DNA of 62,387 nt, counting the filler. It is 7 parts of 7 records of this genome, joined end to end, with 100 filler letters (N's around TTAATTAATTAA, not from the genome) between each part and the next. Parts side by side here need not be neighbours in the genome. Positions count along the whole stretch, not along the records: positions 8,587 to 16,730 come from DRR723986_25179; positions 16,831 to 27,073 come from DRR723986_25181; 5 more parts are not named here. One strand, written 5' to 3'. The first letter of the stretch is position 1. Each line of letters starts with the position of its first letter. Below, piece after piece: positions 9,471-17,717 of the stretch. The notes beneath the pieces are model-generated. The model was given only the letters and a program-made list of their open reading frames with translations. It searched no databases and had not been told where the DNA came from. Made by a program: the position numbers and the translations under genes.

Positions 9471-10702
9471 TGCAAAAGCTGATTAACTGGGTAGACGAGC
9501 GTCTGCCAATCGTTGAGGCCTGGAACAAGCACCTGGCCAAGTATTACGCGCCGAAGAACTTTAACGTCTGGTATTTCTTCGGTTCACTGGCAATGCTGGT
9601 GCTGGTAAACCAGCTAGTGACCGGTATCTGGCTGACTATGAGCTACAACCCGTCTGCCGAGGGGGCGTTTGCCTCGGTGGAATACATCATGCGTGATGTG
9701 GAGTGGGGTTGGCTGCTGCGGTACCTGCACTCGACCGGCGCATCTGCGTTCTTCGTGGTGGTGTATCTGCACATGTTCCGTGGTCTCATGTACGGTTCCT
9801 ACCAGAAGCCGCGGGAATTGATCTGGATTTTCGGTATGCTGATCTACCTGGTGCTGATGGCAGAAGCCTTCATGGGCTACCTGCTGCCCTGGGGCCAGAT
9901 GTCGTACTGGGGTGCCCAGGTAATCGTTAACCTGTTTGGTGCGATTCCGGTCATCGGTGAAGATCTGTCTCTGTGGATTCGTGGTGACTATCTGATCTCC
10001 GGTATCACCCTGAACCGTTTCTTTGCCCTGCACGTGGTTGCTCTGCCAATCGTTCTGCTGGGTCTGGTTGTTCTTCACATCCTGGCGCTGCACGAAGTGG
10101 GTTCTAACAACCCCGACGGCATCGAAATCAAGAAGAACAAGGATGAAAACGGTATTCCGAAAGACGGTATTCCGTTCCACCCGTATTACACCGTTCACGA
10201 CCTGCTGGGCGTGGGTGTGTTCTTCTTCATCTTCTTCATCGTTGTCTTCTTCTTCCCGGAGATGGGCGGTCTGTTCCTGGAAAAACCGAACTTTGAACCG
10301 GCCAACGCCCTGAAGACACCGGATCACATCGCGCCTGTCTGGTACTTCACGCCGTTTTACGCGATGTTGCGGGCGGTGACGGTAGACTTTATGGGGCTGC
10401 CGGCTAAGTTCTGGGGTGTTGTGGTCATGGGTGGTGCGATTGCGATTCTGTTCGTGTTGCCCTGGCTTGACAGAAGTCCTGTCCGCTCAATCCGCTACAA
10501 GGGCTGGTTGAGCAAGATTGCCTTGGCAATCTTTGCGGTGAGCTTCGTAATCCTTGGCTACCTTGGACTGGTTCCCGCAACAGAAGGTCGCACGACTGTC
10601 GCTCAGATTCTGACAGTGTTGTACTTCCTCTACTTCATTCTGATGCCGTTCTACACGCGCATGGAGAACACCAAGCCAGTTCCAGAGAGGGTGACAGGAT
10701 AA
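9467..10702 (+). CDS. petB: Cytochrome b
   Basis: Haem ligands YLHSTG, YLHMFRG and ALHVV..LHILALH, plus PWGQMSYWGA and APVWYF. Start may be 9470. Confidence 0.97.
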   Translation: MMQKLINWVDERLPIVEAWNKHLAKYYAPKNFNVWYFFGSLAMLVLVNQLVTGIWLTMSYNPSAEGAFASVEYIMRDVEWGWLLRYLHSTGASAFFVVVYLHMFRGLMYGSYQKPRELIWIFGMLIYLVLMAEAFMGYLLPWGQMSYWGAQVIVNLFGAIPVIGEDLSLWIRGDYLISGITLNRFFALHVVALPIVLLGLVVLHILALHEVGSNNPDGIEIKKNKDENGIPKDGIPFHPYYTVHDLLGVGVFFFIFFIVVFFFPEMGGLFLEKPNFEPANALKTPDHIAPVWYFTPFYAMLRAVTVDFMGLPAKFWGVVVMGGAIAILFVLPWLDRSPVRSIRYKGWLSKIALAIFAVSFVILGYLGLVPATEGRTTVAQILTVLYFLYFILMPFYTRMENTKPVPERVTG

Positions 10703-11457
10703 TGAAAAAGCTGATTGTTGGTCTTTTCATCGCACTCCTGCCAGCGCTTGGCCTGGCGGCTGGTGCCGCGGTTCCTCTTGATCATATGGAGCCGGATCAT
10801 ACGGACAAGGCGTCTCTGCAGCGCGGTGCTGCCTTGTTCACCAACTACTGCATGGGATGTCACTCCATGGAGTACGCCCGCTACAAGCGTGTTGCGGATG
10901 ATCTGGAGATCCCTGTCGAGCTTTACGAGGAAAACCTGATCTTTACCGGTGCCAAGATCGGTGAACTCATGAAGAACTCCATGAGCAAGGATATGGCCGC
11001 CGGCTGGTTCGGTGCGCCGCCACCCGATCTTACGCTTGAAACCCGTCTGCGTGGCGAGTCCTGGGTTTATTCATACCTTCGGGGCTTCTACAAGGACGAT
11101 TCCCGGCCGCTGGGCGTAAACAACGTGGTGTTCGATAACGTTGGTATGCCTCACATTCTGGTCGAGATGCAGGGCCTGTGCGCCGTGAAGCCGAACATTG
11201 GTGTCGGGGCGTCTGTCGAGCCGTTGAGCGGTAACGTCAATAACGCAGACGCTTGCCCGGATTACGCAACGGAAGGCTCGATGTCCGGTGCGGAGTTTGA
11301 TCAGGCCATGTGGGATCTGACCAATTTCATGTCCTACATGGGTGATCCGGTCAAGGTGGAGCGCGAGCGTCTCGGTATCTTCGTGCTGATCTTTGTGGCG
11401 ATCTTCTTTGTCTTCGCGTACCTGCTCAACCGCGAGTACTGGAAAGACGTACACTAA
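10702..11457 (+). CDS. petC: Cytochrome c1
   Basis: Signal peptide, CMGCH haem motif, PPDL, C-terminal TM anchor. Confidence 0.97.
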   Translation: MKKLIVGLFIALLPALGLAAGAAVPLDHMEPDHTDKASLQRGAALFTNYCMGCHSMEYARYKRVADDLEIPVELYEENLIFTGAKIGELMKNSMSKDMAAGWFGAPPPDLTLETRLRGESWVYSYLRGFYKDDSRPLGVNNVVFDNVGMPHILVEMQGLCAVKPNIGVGASVEPLSGNVNNADACPDYATEGSMSGAEFDQAMWDLTNFMSYMGDPVKVERERLGIFVLIFVAIFFVFAYLLNREYWKDVH

Positions 11458-11561
11458 GATTTAGGGTATAATCCCGTGTCCTTGATTCCAGCGAGTCTTT
11501 AAGGCTCGCTGGATTTTTGCGTTTTGCATTGTTTCGATTTTTAGAATCGTGAGGTAGCTAT

Positions 11562-12191
11562 ATGGGCGTTGTGACCAAGCGGTCATCAATGACTTTTTTC
11601 TCGGATCCCGCAAGCCACTACAGTCATCGGGTGCGTATTGTCCTGGCTGAGAAAGGTGTCACTGTTGATATCGTGGATGTGGATCCGGACAACCCGCCGG
11701 CGGAACTGGCGGATATGAATCCGTACAACGCCCTGCCAACCCTGGTAGATCGGGACCTGGTTCTGTACGAGCCCAACATCATGATGGAGTATCTGGATGA
11801 GCGATTTCCTCATCCGCCGCTGCTGCCGGTTTACCCCGTTGCCCGGGCTAATAGCCGCCTGATGATTCACCGGATCCAGAAAGACTGGTGCGGACTGGTT
11901 GATCAGATCCTGGCGCAGCCGGGGGCCAAGGCCAGCGATGCCGCTCGCAAGGAACTCAAGGAAAGCCTTCTGGCCACGGCACCTTTGTTTGCCGAAATGC
12001 CGTTCTTCCTGTCGGAAGAGTTCACCATCGTGGACTGTTGTATTGCGCCGATCCTGTGGCGTTTGCCGGCTCTGGGTATTGAGCTGAATGAAAAGCAGGC
12101 CAAGCCTTTGCAGAAGTACATGGAGAGCATCTTTGCCAGAGAAGGCTTCAAGGCAAGCCTTTCGGATCTGGAAGAAGATATTCGCAGCTGA
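11562..12191 (+). CDS. sspA: Stringent starvation protein A
   Basis: [12 protein letters not shown] and [21 protein letters not shown]. Synteny with petABC. Confidence 0.96.
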   Translation: MGVVTKRSSMTFFSDPASHYSHRVRIVLAEKGVTVDIVDVDPDNPPAELADMNPYNALPTLVDRDLVLYEPNIMMEYLDERFPHPPLLPVYPVARANSRLMIHRIQKDWCGLVDQILAQPGAKASDAARKELKESLLATAPLFAEMPFFLSEEFTIVDCCIAPILWRLPALGIELNEKQAKPLQKYMESIFAREGFKASLSDLEEDIRS

Positions 12192-12227
12192 TTGTCAGCG
12201 CCCGTAGTTCAGGGCAGGAGTTAAGCA

Positions 12228-12653
12228 GTGTCTGACATGACTATCGCCATGACATCCAGTCGTCCCTATCTGGTCCGTGCGTTGAACGAATGGATCCTAG
12301 ATAACGACTGTACCCCGTATATCGTGGTGGATGCCGGCATTCAGGGTGTTCAGGTGCCTACCGAGCACGTTGCCAACGGCCAGATTGTGCTCAATATCAG
12401 CCCCGGCGCCGTGCGCGGACTGGTGATTGGCAATGGTGCGCTGGAATTCAGTGCTCGTTTCGGTGGTGTGCCGATGCAGGTTTTCATACCGTTGCAAGCG
12501 GTTATGGCCATCTATGCCAAGGAGAACGGCGAGGGCATGGTGTTTGGCAGTGAGCCAGGCTCTCCCGATCCGGAGGGTGGAGGCGAGCCCAAGTCGTCAC
12601 GGCGAGCGGAAGACCGCCCGAATGGCAGGCCAACCCTGAAAGTGGTCAAGTAA
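12228..12653 (+). CDS. sspB: ClpXP adaptor SspB
   Basis: SSRPYLVRALNEWILDN, FSARFGG and C-terminal LKVVK ClpX-binding tail. Confidence 0.96.
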   Translation: MSDMTIAMTSSRPYLVRALNEWILDNDCTPYIVVDAGIQGVQVPTEHVANGQIVLNISPGAVRGLVIGNGALEFSARFGGVPMQVFIPLQAVMAIYAKENGEGMVFGSEPGSPDPEGGGEPKSSRRAEDRPNGRPTLKVVK

Positions 12654-12685
12654 TAAAAAAGCCGGCGATGCCGGCTTTTTTATTA
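12654..12685. terminator. Bidirectional terminator between convergent genes
   Basis: TAAAAAAGCCGGC-GAT-GCCGGCTTTTTTA. Confidence 0.9.
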
Positions 12686-13273
12686 GCCTCCGAAAAGCTT
12701 GTGGTCAATCAGGTCGCAGAAGGCGTTGATGATGACCAGCAGCAAGGGCGTGGCCTCGCTTGGCGGCAAATCGTTAAGTGCGATTTCATGGTCTTCAGGG
12801 TGCATCAGGGAGGTGATGTCGGATTTTTCCCTGGCGCTCAGCACCACAATCCTCATTTCCCGGTCGTGGGCCGCCTGGATGGCCTGGATCAGGTTTGCCT
12901 TGTGGCCATCATCCACGATCACAAACAGAAGATCGCCGGGTTTGCCTATGGCTCTGACCTGACGAGAGAAGGTGTCGTTGAATCGATTGTCACGGCAGAT
13001 AGCGGAATAGGTGGTGGCGTCTGCCCCAAGGTTGATTGCCGGTAGGGCCGGGCGGTCCTGGTCAAAGCGGGACAACAATGCCGTGCAGAAATACTGGGCC
13101 AGTACATTGGCGTTGCCATTGGCGCAGGTGATGATCTTGCCATCCTGGAGCAGGGCGTCAACAAATGCCTGCGCTACCTGCTCAATGGCGGGACCAGCGG
13201 TGCTTGCCGCCTGCGCTGTGTGCTCCATATGGCTGGCGAACCACTGGTTGATTCTCTGTTCGGTGTCGGTCAT
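12683..13273 (-). CDS. SIS-domain DiaA/GmhA homologue with degenerate active site
   Basis: RFDQDRPALPAINL, FSRQVRAIGKPGD and CDLIDHKLF. Lies downstream of yraN. Confidence 0.85.
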   Translation of the reverse strand: MTDTEQRINQWFASHMEHTAQAASTAGPAIEQVAQAFVDALLQDGKIITCANGNANVLAQYFCTALLSRFDQDRPALPAINLGADATTYSAICRDNRFNDTFSRQVRAIGKPGDLLFVIVDDGHKANLIQAIQAAHDREMRIVVLSAREKSDITSLMHPEDHEIALNDLPPSEATPLLLVIINAFCDLIDHKLFGG

Positions 13274-13282
13274 GGTTTCTGG

Positions 13283-13654
13283 TCAGTCTGCCTGAATTGC
13301 GTTTTTGATCCATTGTATACGGTACTTGCTGGACTGGCCTGGTGTGATGCCGATAACATCGATCCGGCTGACCCGGTCCCAGAGTCCGTGGCGGTGCAGG
13401 TAGAATGAGGCTGCACGCACCAAGCGTTGCTGCTTCACCGCGGACACCGAGCTTATCGGGTCCACCAGCGCACCATCAGCGCGGAAGCGAACTTCAAAGA
13501 ACACCAGTGCTTCGGCATCCATTCCAATAAGATCGATCTCGCCGCCACGATTGTGCACGTTCCGCTCAATAATCCGGATGCCTTTGCTTTCCAGATACCG
13601 CGCGGCGACACCTTCGTAATGCTGTCCGAGTTTTCTGGAGCCTTCCCTGGCCAT
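13283..13654 (-). CDS. yraN: YraN (UPF0102) nuclease-fold protein
   Basis: GEIDLI, LVFFEVRFR and RIDVIGI. Confidence 0.93.
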   Translation of the reverse strand: MAREGSRKLGQHYEGVAARYLESKGIRIIERNVHNRGGEIDLIGMDAEALVFFEVRFRADGALVDPISSVSAVKQQRLVRAASFYLHRHGLWDRVSRIDVIGITPGQSSKYRIQWIKNAIQAD

Positions 13655-13660
13655 CGGTTA

Positions 13661-15514
13661 TCAGTTGTTTGCAGTCGGGGCGGGTTCACCTTCCCGGGGA
13701 GCGGTCGGAGAAAGCAGTTTGGGTGTTCCCCCCTGGAATTGTGCCCAGCGTTGTTCGCGATGAATGCTGCCGTCAGGATCCATGGTCAGAATGCCGGTTT
13801 GTCCTTCAATGGCGGCATCTTCAACCTGGCGTAGAAGTGGCAAGCGCTTGCTCAGTTGCCAGGCGTCGGCGCCCATGGCGAAAAGGCGCCCCAGTTGCCC
13901 GGTGGTGCCACTCAGATACTGGAGTGATTCTTCCCGCAGGGGATTCGTCTCGGCCAATACCCAGGGGATGTCCGTAAAGAAAACCCGGTCAATATCTCGG
14001 TCCCGGCCCGGATTCGGCGTACCCTCGTACACGATGGAAGGTGAGTATACCGGCAGATCGCCGCCATAATAGAAGGCGAACAGTGGCTTGAACTGGCGGG
14101 CAACCGTGGGTGCGGCAACCAGCACGATGCCCTCGGCATCCTGGCGGCGGCGGGGTTCAAATTCCACATTCAGGCCAATTGTTCGCTCCACCTGAATGGC
14201 GCGCTGGCGGGAGGCGGTAATGCCCAGCAGGTCAGCTGTCACTGAGCGCAGGTTGTCTTCCGGGAAAAAGCGCTCGACGTCGAGCGCTCGCAACCCGAGC
14301 TGGTCCATCCTCGTTTGCAGGGCGGTTTCAACCCGGTCTCCCCATTCGCCGTGGGGAATCAGTACGAGAACCTGCTCGATGTTCTCGGCATCGAGCCTGT
14401 CGGCGATCTGTCGTGCCTCATCTTCGGCAGATAGCCCGAACTGATAAAGGCCGTCCGGAATGCGGGCATCCGGGCCAAGGTAGTTCAGGCCCAGTGCCGG
14501 AACCGGCAGCGTGTTCATGTTAGCGAGCTGGGACAGTGCTTCCTTGTCCAGTGGGCCAACAATCAAATCAATGTCGTTATTGGAGAGTTCCTCGTAGAGC
14601 TCGGAAAAAGAGCCGGTGGAGGTGTCGATGACCCGAATATCGGTTTTGCTGCGGTCAGTGGTTTCATCCTGATAATAGGCGGCCAGGAAACCGTCGCGAA
14701 TCGCTTTGCCGGCACTGGCGAGGGCACCTTGAAGTGGAACCGCCAATGCCAGTTTCTCCGGCCGGCTTGCTGCCAGTTCAGCCAGCAGGGCGAGATCCAT
14801 GGGGAGTACCTGTGCTGCGGGGTGTCCCGGCCAGTTATTCTGCCATTGCCGGATCAGACGCCCCTGATCATCCAGGCTGGCCCCTTTGGTGCGTAGGCGC
14901 AGGGCGAGCTCAAGCCAGCCTTGAACCTCGAATCCGAGGGCGTTGTCGGAGGCGGATTGCAGGGTTGAGCGATTGATGGGCTTGAGCAATTGCCAAATGC
15001 GATTGTGCACCTCCTGCGGGGAAGTGCTGGAGTCGGTCTGGCTGAGCAGGATCAACGTCAGTGCCCCGTCCAAAGGTTGTCCGGCCAGCTCATAGGTCCG
15101 GGCCTGGAGCATGGCAGCCCGGGACATTAACTCCGCGGGGTAGGCAAGAAAGCTTTCTGGGGTGCTATCTGTGGCGAGTTGCTCAGCCCATTGGCTGTCC
15201 TGTAACTCGCTGGCACTGGCCATGGACAGGAGCGAGCGTTGTCTTGCGATGTCCTCCGGAGCATTTTCCAGAACAGGGGCCTGCAGAATGACTCGGGCAT
15301 CTTCGTGGCGGCCTTGATCCTGGAATCGGCTGGCCACCCTCAATAGATAGCGTTGGCCAACCACCGGATCACGTTCATCGCTGGCCAGTGACAGTGCCTG
15401 CTCCGGGCTTTGTGCCATATGTTCATCGAGATTGACGGTGGCGCAGCCGCCCAGATAGAACAGAACGAGGGTGATCAGGGCCAGAATTGGGCTGTGACGG
15501 AAGCGATTTGTCAT
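13661..15514 (-). CDS. lpoA: PBP1a activator lipoprotein LpoA (LppC family)
   Basis: Lipobox LGGC, WPGHPAA, IRDGFLAAY, FGLSAEDEA and RLFAMGADAW. Likely start MTNRF at 15514. Confidence 0.92.
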   Translation of the reverse strand: MTNRFRHSPILALITLVLFYLGGCATVNLDEHMAQSPEQALSLASDERDPVVGQRYLLRVASRFQDQGRHEDARVILQAPVLENAPEDIARQRSLLSMASASELQDSQWAEQLATDSTPESFLAYPAELMSRAAMLQARTYELAGQPLDGALTLILLSQTDSSTSPQEVHNRIWQLLKPINRSTLQSASDNALGFEVQGWLELALRLRTKGASLDDQGRLIRQWQNNWPGHPAAQVLPMDLALLAELAASRPEKLALAVPLQGALASAGKAIRDGFLAAYYQDETTDRSKTDIRVIDTSTGSFSELYEELSNNDIDLIVGPLDKEALSQLANMNTLPVPALGLNYLGPDARIPDGLYQFGLSAEDEARQIADRLDAENIEQVLVLIPHGEWGDRVETALQTRMDQLGLRALDVERFFPEDNLRSVTADLLGITASRQRAIQVERTIGLNVEFEPRRRQDAEGIVLVAAPTVARQFKPLFAFYYGGDLPVYSPSIVYEGTPNPGRDRDIDRVFFTDIPWVLAETNPLREESLQYLSGTTGQLGRLFAMGADAWQLSKRLPLLRQVEDAAIEGQTGILTMDPDGSIHREQRWAQFQGGTPKLLSPTAPREGEPAPTANN

Positions 15515-15658
15515 GGCGGGCTCGGTACTCTCTGAATCGTTGGGCTTGTGGTGCCGCGTTTTAGCTGGCAAGTTTACCAGCTCCCGGCGCATTTCACATG
15601 ACGGGACAGTCATGGGCCGGAAATAGCGGCGCCGCGGTTCACTTCAGTGGAGTTTATT

Positions 15659-16522
15659 ATGTCCAGTTCTGTAGCAAGCGTTGTCGGTGGTCGGCTTTCA
15701 ATTGTTGCCACGCCCATCGGTAATCTGGCCGATCTTTCTGATCGTGCCCGGCAGGTGCTCGCTGCGGCGGATCTGGTCGCTGCGGAGGATACCCGTCACA
15801 GCTCGCGCCTGTTACAGCATCTGGGCCTGAGCAAGCCTTTGCTGGCGCTACACGATCATAATGAGAGGGATCGCGTTGGCAGAATCCTCTCTGCCCTTGC
15901 TGAAGGGCAGCAAGTGGCGCTGATTTCCGATGCCGGCACTCCGTTGATCTCCGATCCCGGGTACATCCTGGTACGTGAAGCCAGAAGGGCGGGCTTTCCG
16001 GTTTCCCCTATCCCCGGTCCGTGTGCACTGGTTGCGGCATTGTCGGCGGCAGGTTTACCGACGGATCGTTTTCTTTTCGCAGGTTTTTTGCCGGCTAAAC
16101 GGGCGGGTAGACGTTCAGCGCTCGTGGAATTGCGTGAACAGACTGCCACTCTGGTGTTCTACGAATCCCCCCATCGAATTCTGGACCTGATGCAGGATCT
16201 GGTTGATGAGTTTGGCGATGGTCGGGAGTGTGTGCTCGGTCGCGAGCTGACCAAAACCTTTGAAACTTTCTACAGTGGGACGGTTAAAGAGGTATTGGCG
16301 GAGTTGGAGGCCGACCCGCATGGCAGTCGGGGCGAATTCGTGGTGATGGTCCGGGGTAGCGATGTCGTGACCGGTTCGTCGCTCGATCTGGATGCCGATA
16401 AGCTGTTAAAGCTGCTTGTTGCAGAGATGCCGGTCAAAAAGGCTGCGAAAATCGTCGCGGAAGTCAGCGGCATCGGAAAAAATGAACTGTATCAGCGAGC
16501 GCTGCAGTTAAAGGGTGATTAA
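15659..16522 (+). CDS. rsmI: 16S rRNA C1402 2'-O-methyltransferase
   Basis: VATPIGNLAD, AEDTRH, ISDAGTPLISDPG, FYESPHR and RELTKTFE. Confidence 0.96.
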   Translation: MSSSVASVVGGRLSIVATPIGNLADLSDRARQVLAAADLVAAEDTRHSSRLLQHLGLSKPLLALHDHNERDRVGRILSALAEGQQVALISDAGTPLISDPGYILVREARRAGFPVSPIPGPCALVAALSAAGLPTDRFLFAGFLPAKRAGRRSALVELREQTATLVFYESPHRILDLMQDLVDEFGDGRECVLGRELTKTFETFYSGTVKEVLAELEADPHGSRGEFVVMVRGSDVVTGSSLDLDADKLLKLLVAEMPVKKAAKIVAEVSGIGKNELYQRALQLKGD

Positions 16523-16525
16523 GCC

Positions 16526-16554
16526 TTGCATGCCTGCGCGCACGCGGGTATTGT
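16526..16554 (+). promoter_or_regulatory. Sigma-70 promoter of rnpB
   Basis: TTGCAT-17 bp-TATTGT followed by a GC-rich discriminator. Confidence 0.6.
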
Positions 16555-16561
16555 CAGCGCC

Positions 16562-16730
16562 GAGCTCGCCAGACAGTCGCCGCCGGTTGATCCGGGGGAG
16601 GAAAGTCCGGGCTCCGCAGGGCAAGGTGCCAGGTAACGCCTGGGCGGCGTGAGCCGACGGAAAGTGCAACAGAAAGTATACCGCCTAAGCGCTTTCGGGC
16701 GCCGGTAAGGTTGAAATGGTGCGGTAAGAG
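16562..16730 (+). ncRNA. rnpB: RNase P RNA, class A, 5' part
   Basis: GAGGAAAGTCCGGGCTCC, GGAAAGTGCAACAGAAAG..ACCGCC and GGTGCGGTAAGAG. Located after rsmI. Confidence 0.97.
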
Positions 16731-16830
16731 NNNNNNNNNNNNNNNNNNNNNNNNNNNNNNNNNNNNNNNNNNNNTTAATTAATTAANNNNNNNNNNNNNN
16801 NNNNNNNNNNNNNNNNNNNNNNNNNNNNNN
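16731..16830. other. Artificial contig spacer
   Basis: N-run containing TTAATTAATTAA. Confidence 0.99.
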
Positions 16831-16858
16831 CTGCGAGGGCGACGATAATGCGTTTCAT
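16831..16858 (-). CDS. 5' fragment of a probable exported protein
   Basis: MKRIIVALA with upstream GGAG. Truncated by the contig end. Confidence 0.45.
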
Positions 16859-16931
16859 GAGAATACTCCAAAATGATAAATGTTAAGTTTGATGCTTTGC
16901 ATCGATATATTGAGAGTTAAATTTTTCGGGG

Positions 16932-17351
16932 TCAGTGATATGACAGAAAACTTGTGTGCATGTTAGCCATCGATTCATCGAGCGGGCCACGCATAAATAT
17001 GCGTTGTATGCTTTCCTGTAATGTCACACTGCTGTTAAGTTTCGGGATGTATCCGTCGGCACCAAGTTCAAGGGCCTGATCCATTGAGCTGACAAGGTCA
17101 TCAGCCGTAAACATGACAACCGGGATATTTCTGGTATAGCGACTCTGTTTAAGAGTTTTGAGAGTCTCCAGACCATTCCTTTTTGGCATGTGCATGTCGA
17201 GCAGAATCAGATTTGGCCGTTCCTGTAGTGCGAGGTTTAAGCCTGATTTTGAGTCGCCGGCAGTTATGATTGAGTAGCCGGCGTTTGTCAGGATTCGTTC
17301 GGACCAGAGTCGGACACAGGGGTCATCATCGATAAGTAATATTTTTAGCAT
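16932..17351 (-). CDS. Single-domain response regulator (CheY-like)
   Basis: MLKILLIDDD, LLDMHMP, MFTA and YIPK. GGAGG RBS before ATG 17351. Confidence 0.92.
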   Translation of the reverse strand: MLKILLIDDDPCVRLWSERILTNAGYSIITAGDSKSGLNLALQERPNLILLDMHMPKRNGLETLKTLKQSRYTRNIPVVMFTADDLVSSMDQALELGADGYIPKLNSSVTLQESIQRIFMRGPLDESMANMHTSFLSYH

Positions 17352-17435
17352 TGTTAATTCCTCCACCTGTTTGCCGATGCCGGAGCGCGTGTTTGTTGTT
17401 TTGTTTTGCCATTTGCGCGCCGACAATAATAACTG

Positions 17436-17451
17436 TACAAAGGGCGTGCCA
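17436..17451 (-). promoter_or_regulatory. Sigma-54 (-24/-12) promoter of the response regulator
   Basis: Minus strand TGGCAC-GCCCT-TTGTA with canonical N5 spacing, 85 nt upstream of the ATG. Confidence 0.65.
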
Positions 17452-17717
17452 AAACTTCCCAGCCGCCGGCACAAACACCATAACTCATTGAATATCAGAC
17501 ACTTAGCGGATACCAACCCGCCAATAGCTACCACATGGTGTAATTAGGCAACTATAAACTCTGTTGATACTTTTTATGGACTTTGGTCGAATGATGTAGT
17601 ATTTTTCAATCGCAGAACAAACAACCATGCAGGCTGAGGGCAGATACGACACTTAGTTCACACACTATAAACAGTGTTGATAGCCTGGTGAGATAGCCAA
17701 AGAATTGGAGAGGCAGA

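Noticed and set aside
8646-10327. Long antisense ORFs over petA/petB
   Set aside because: Shadow frames of well-supported genes in GC-rich DNA.
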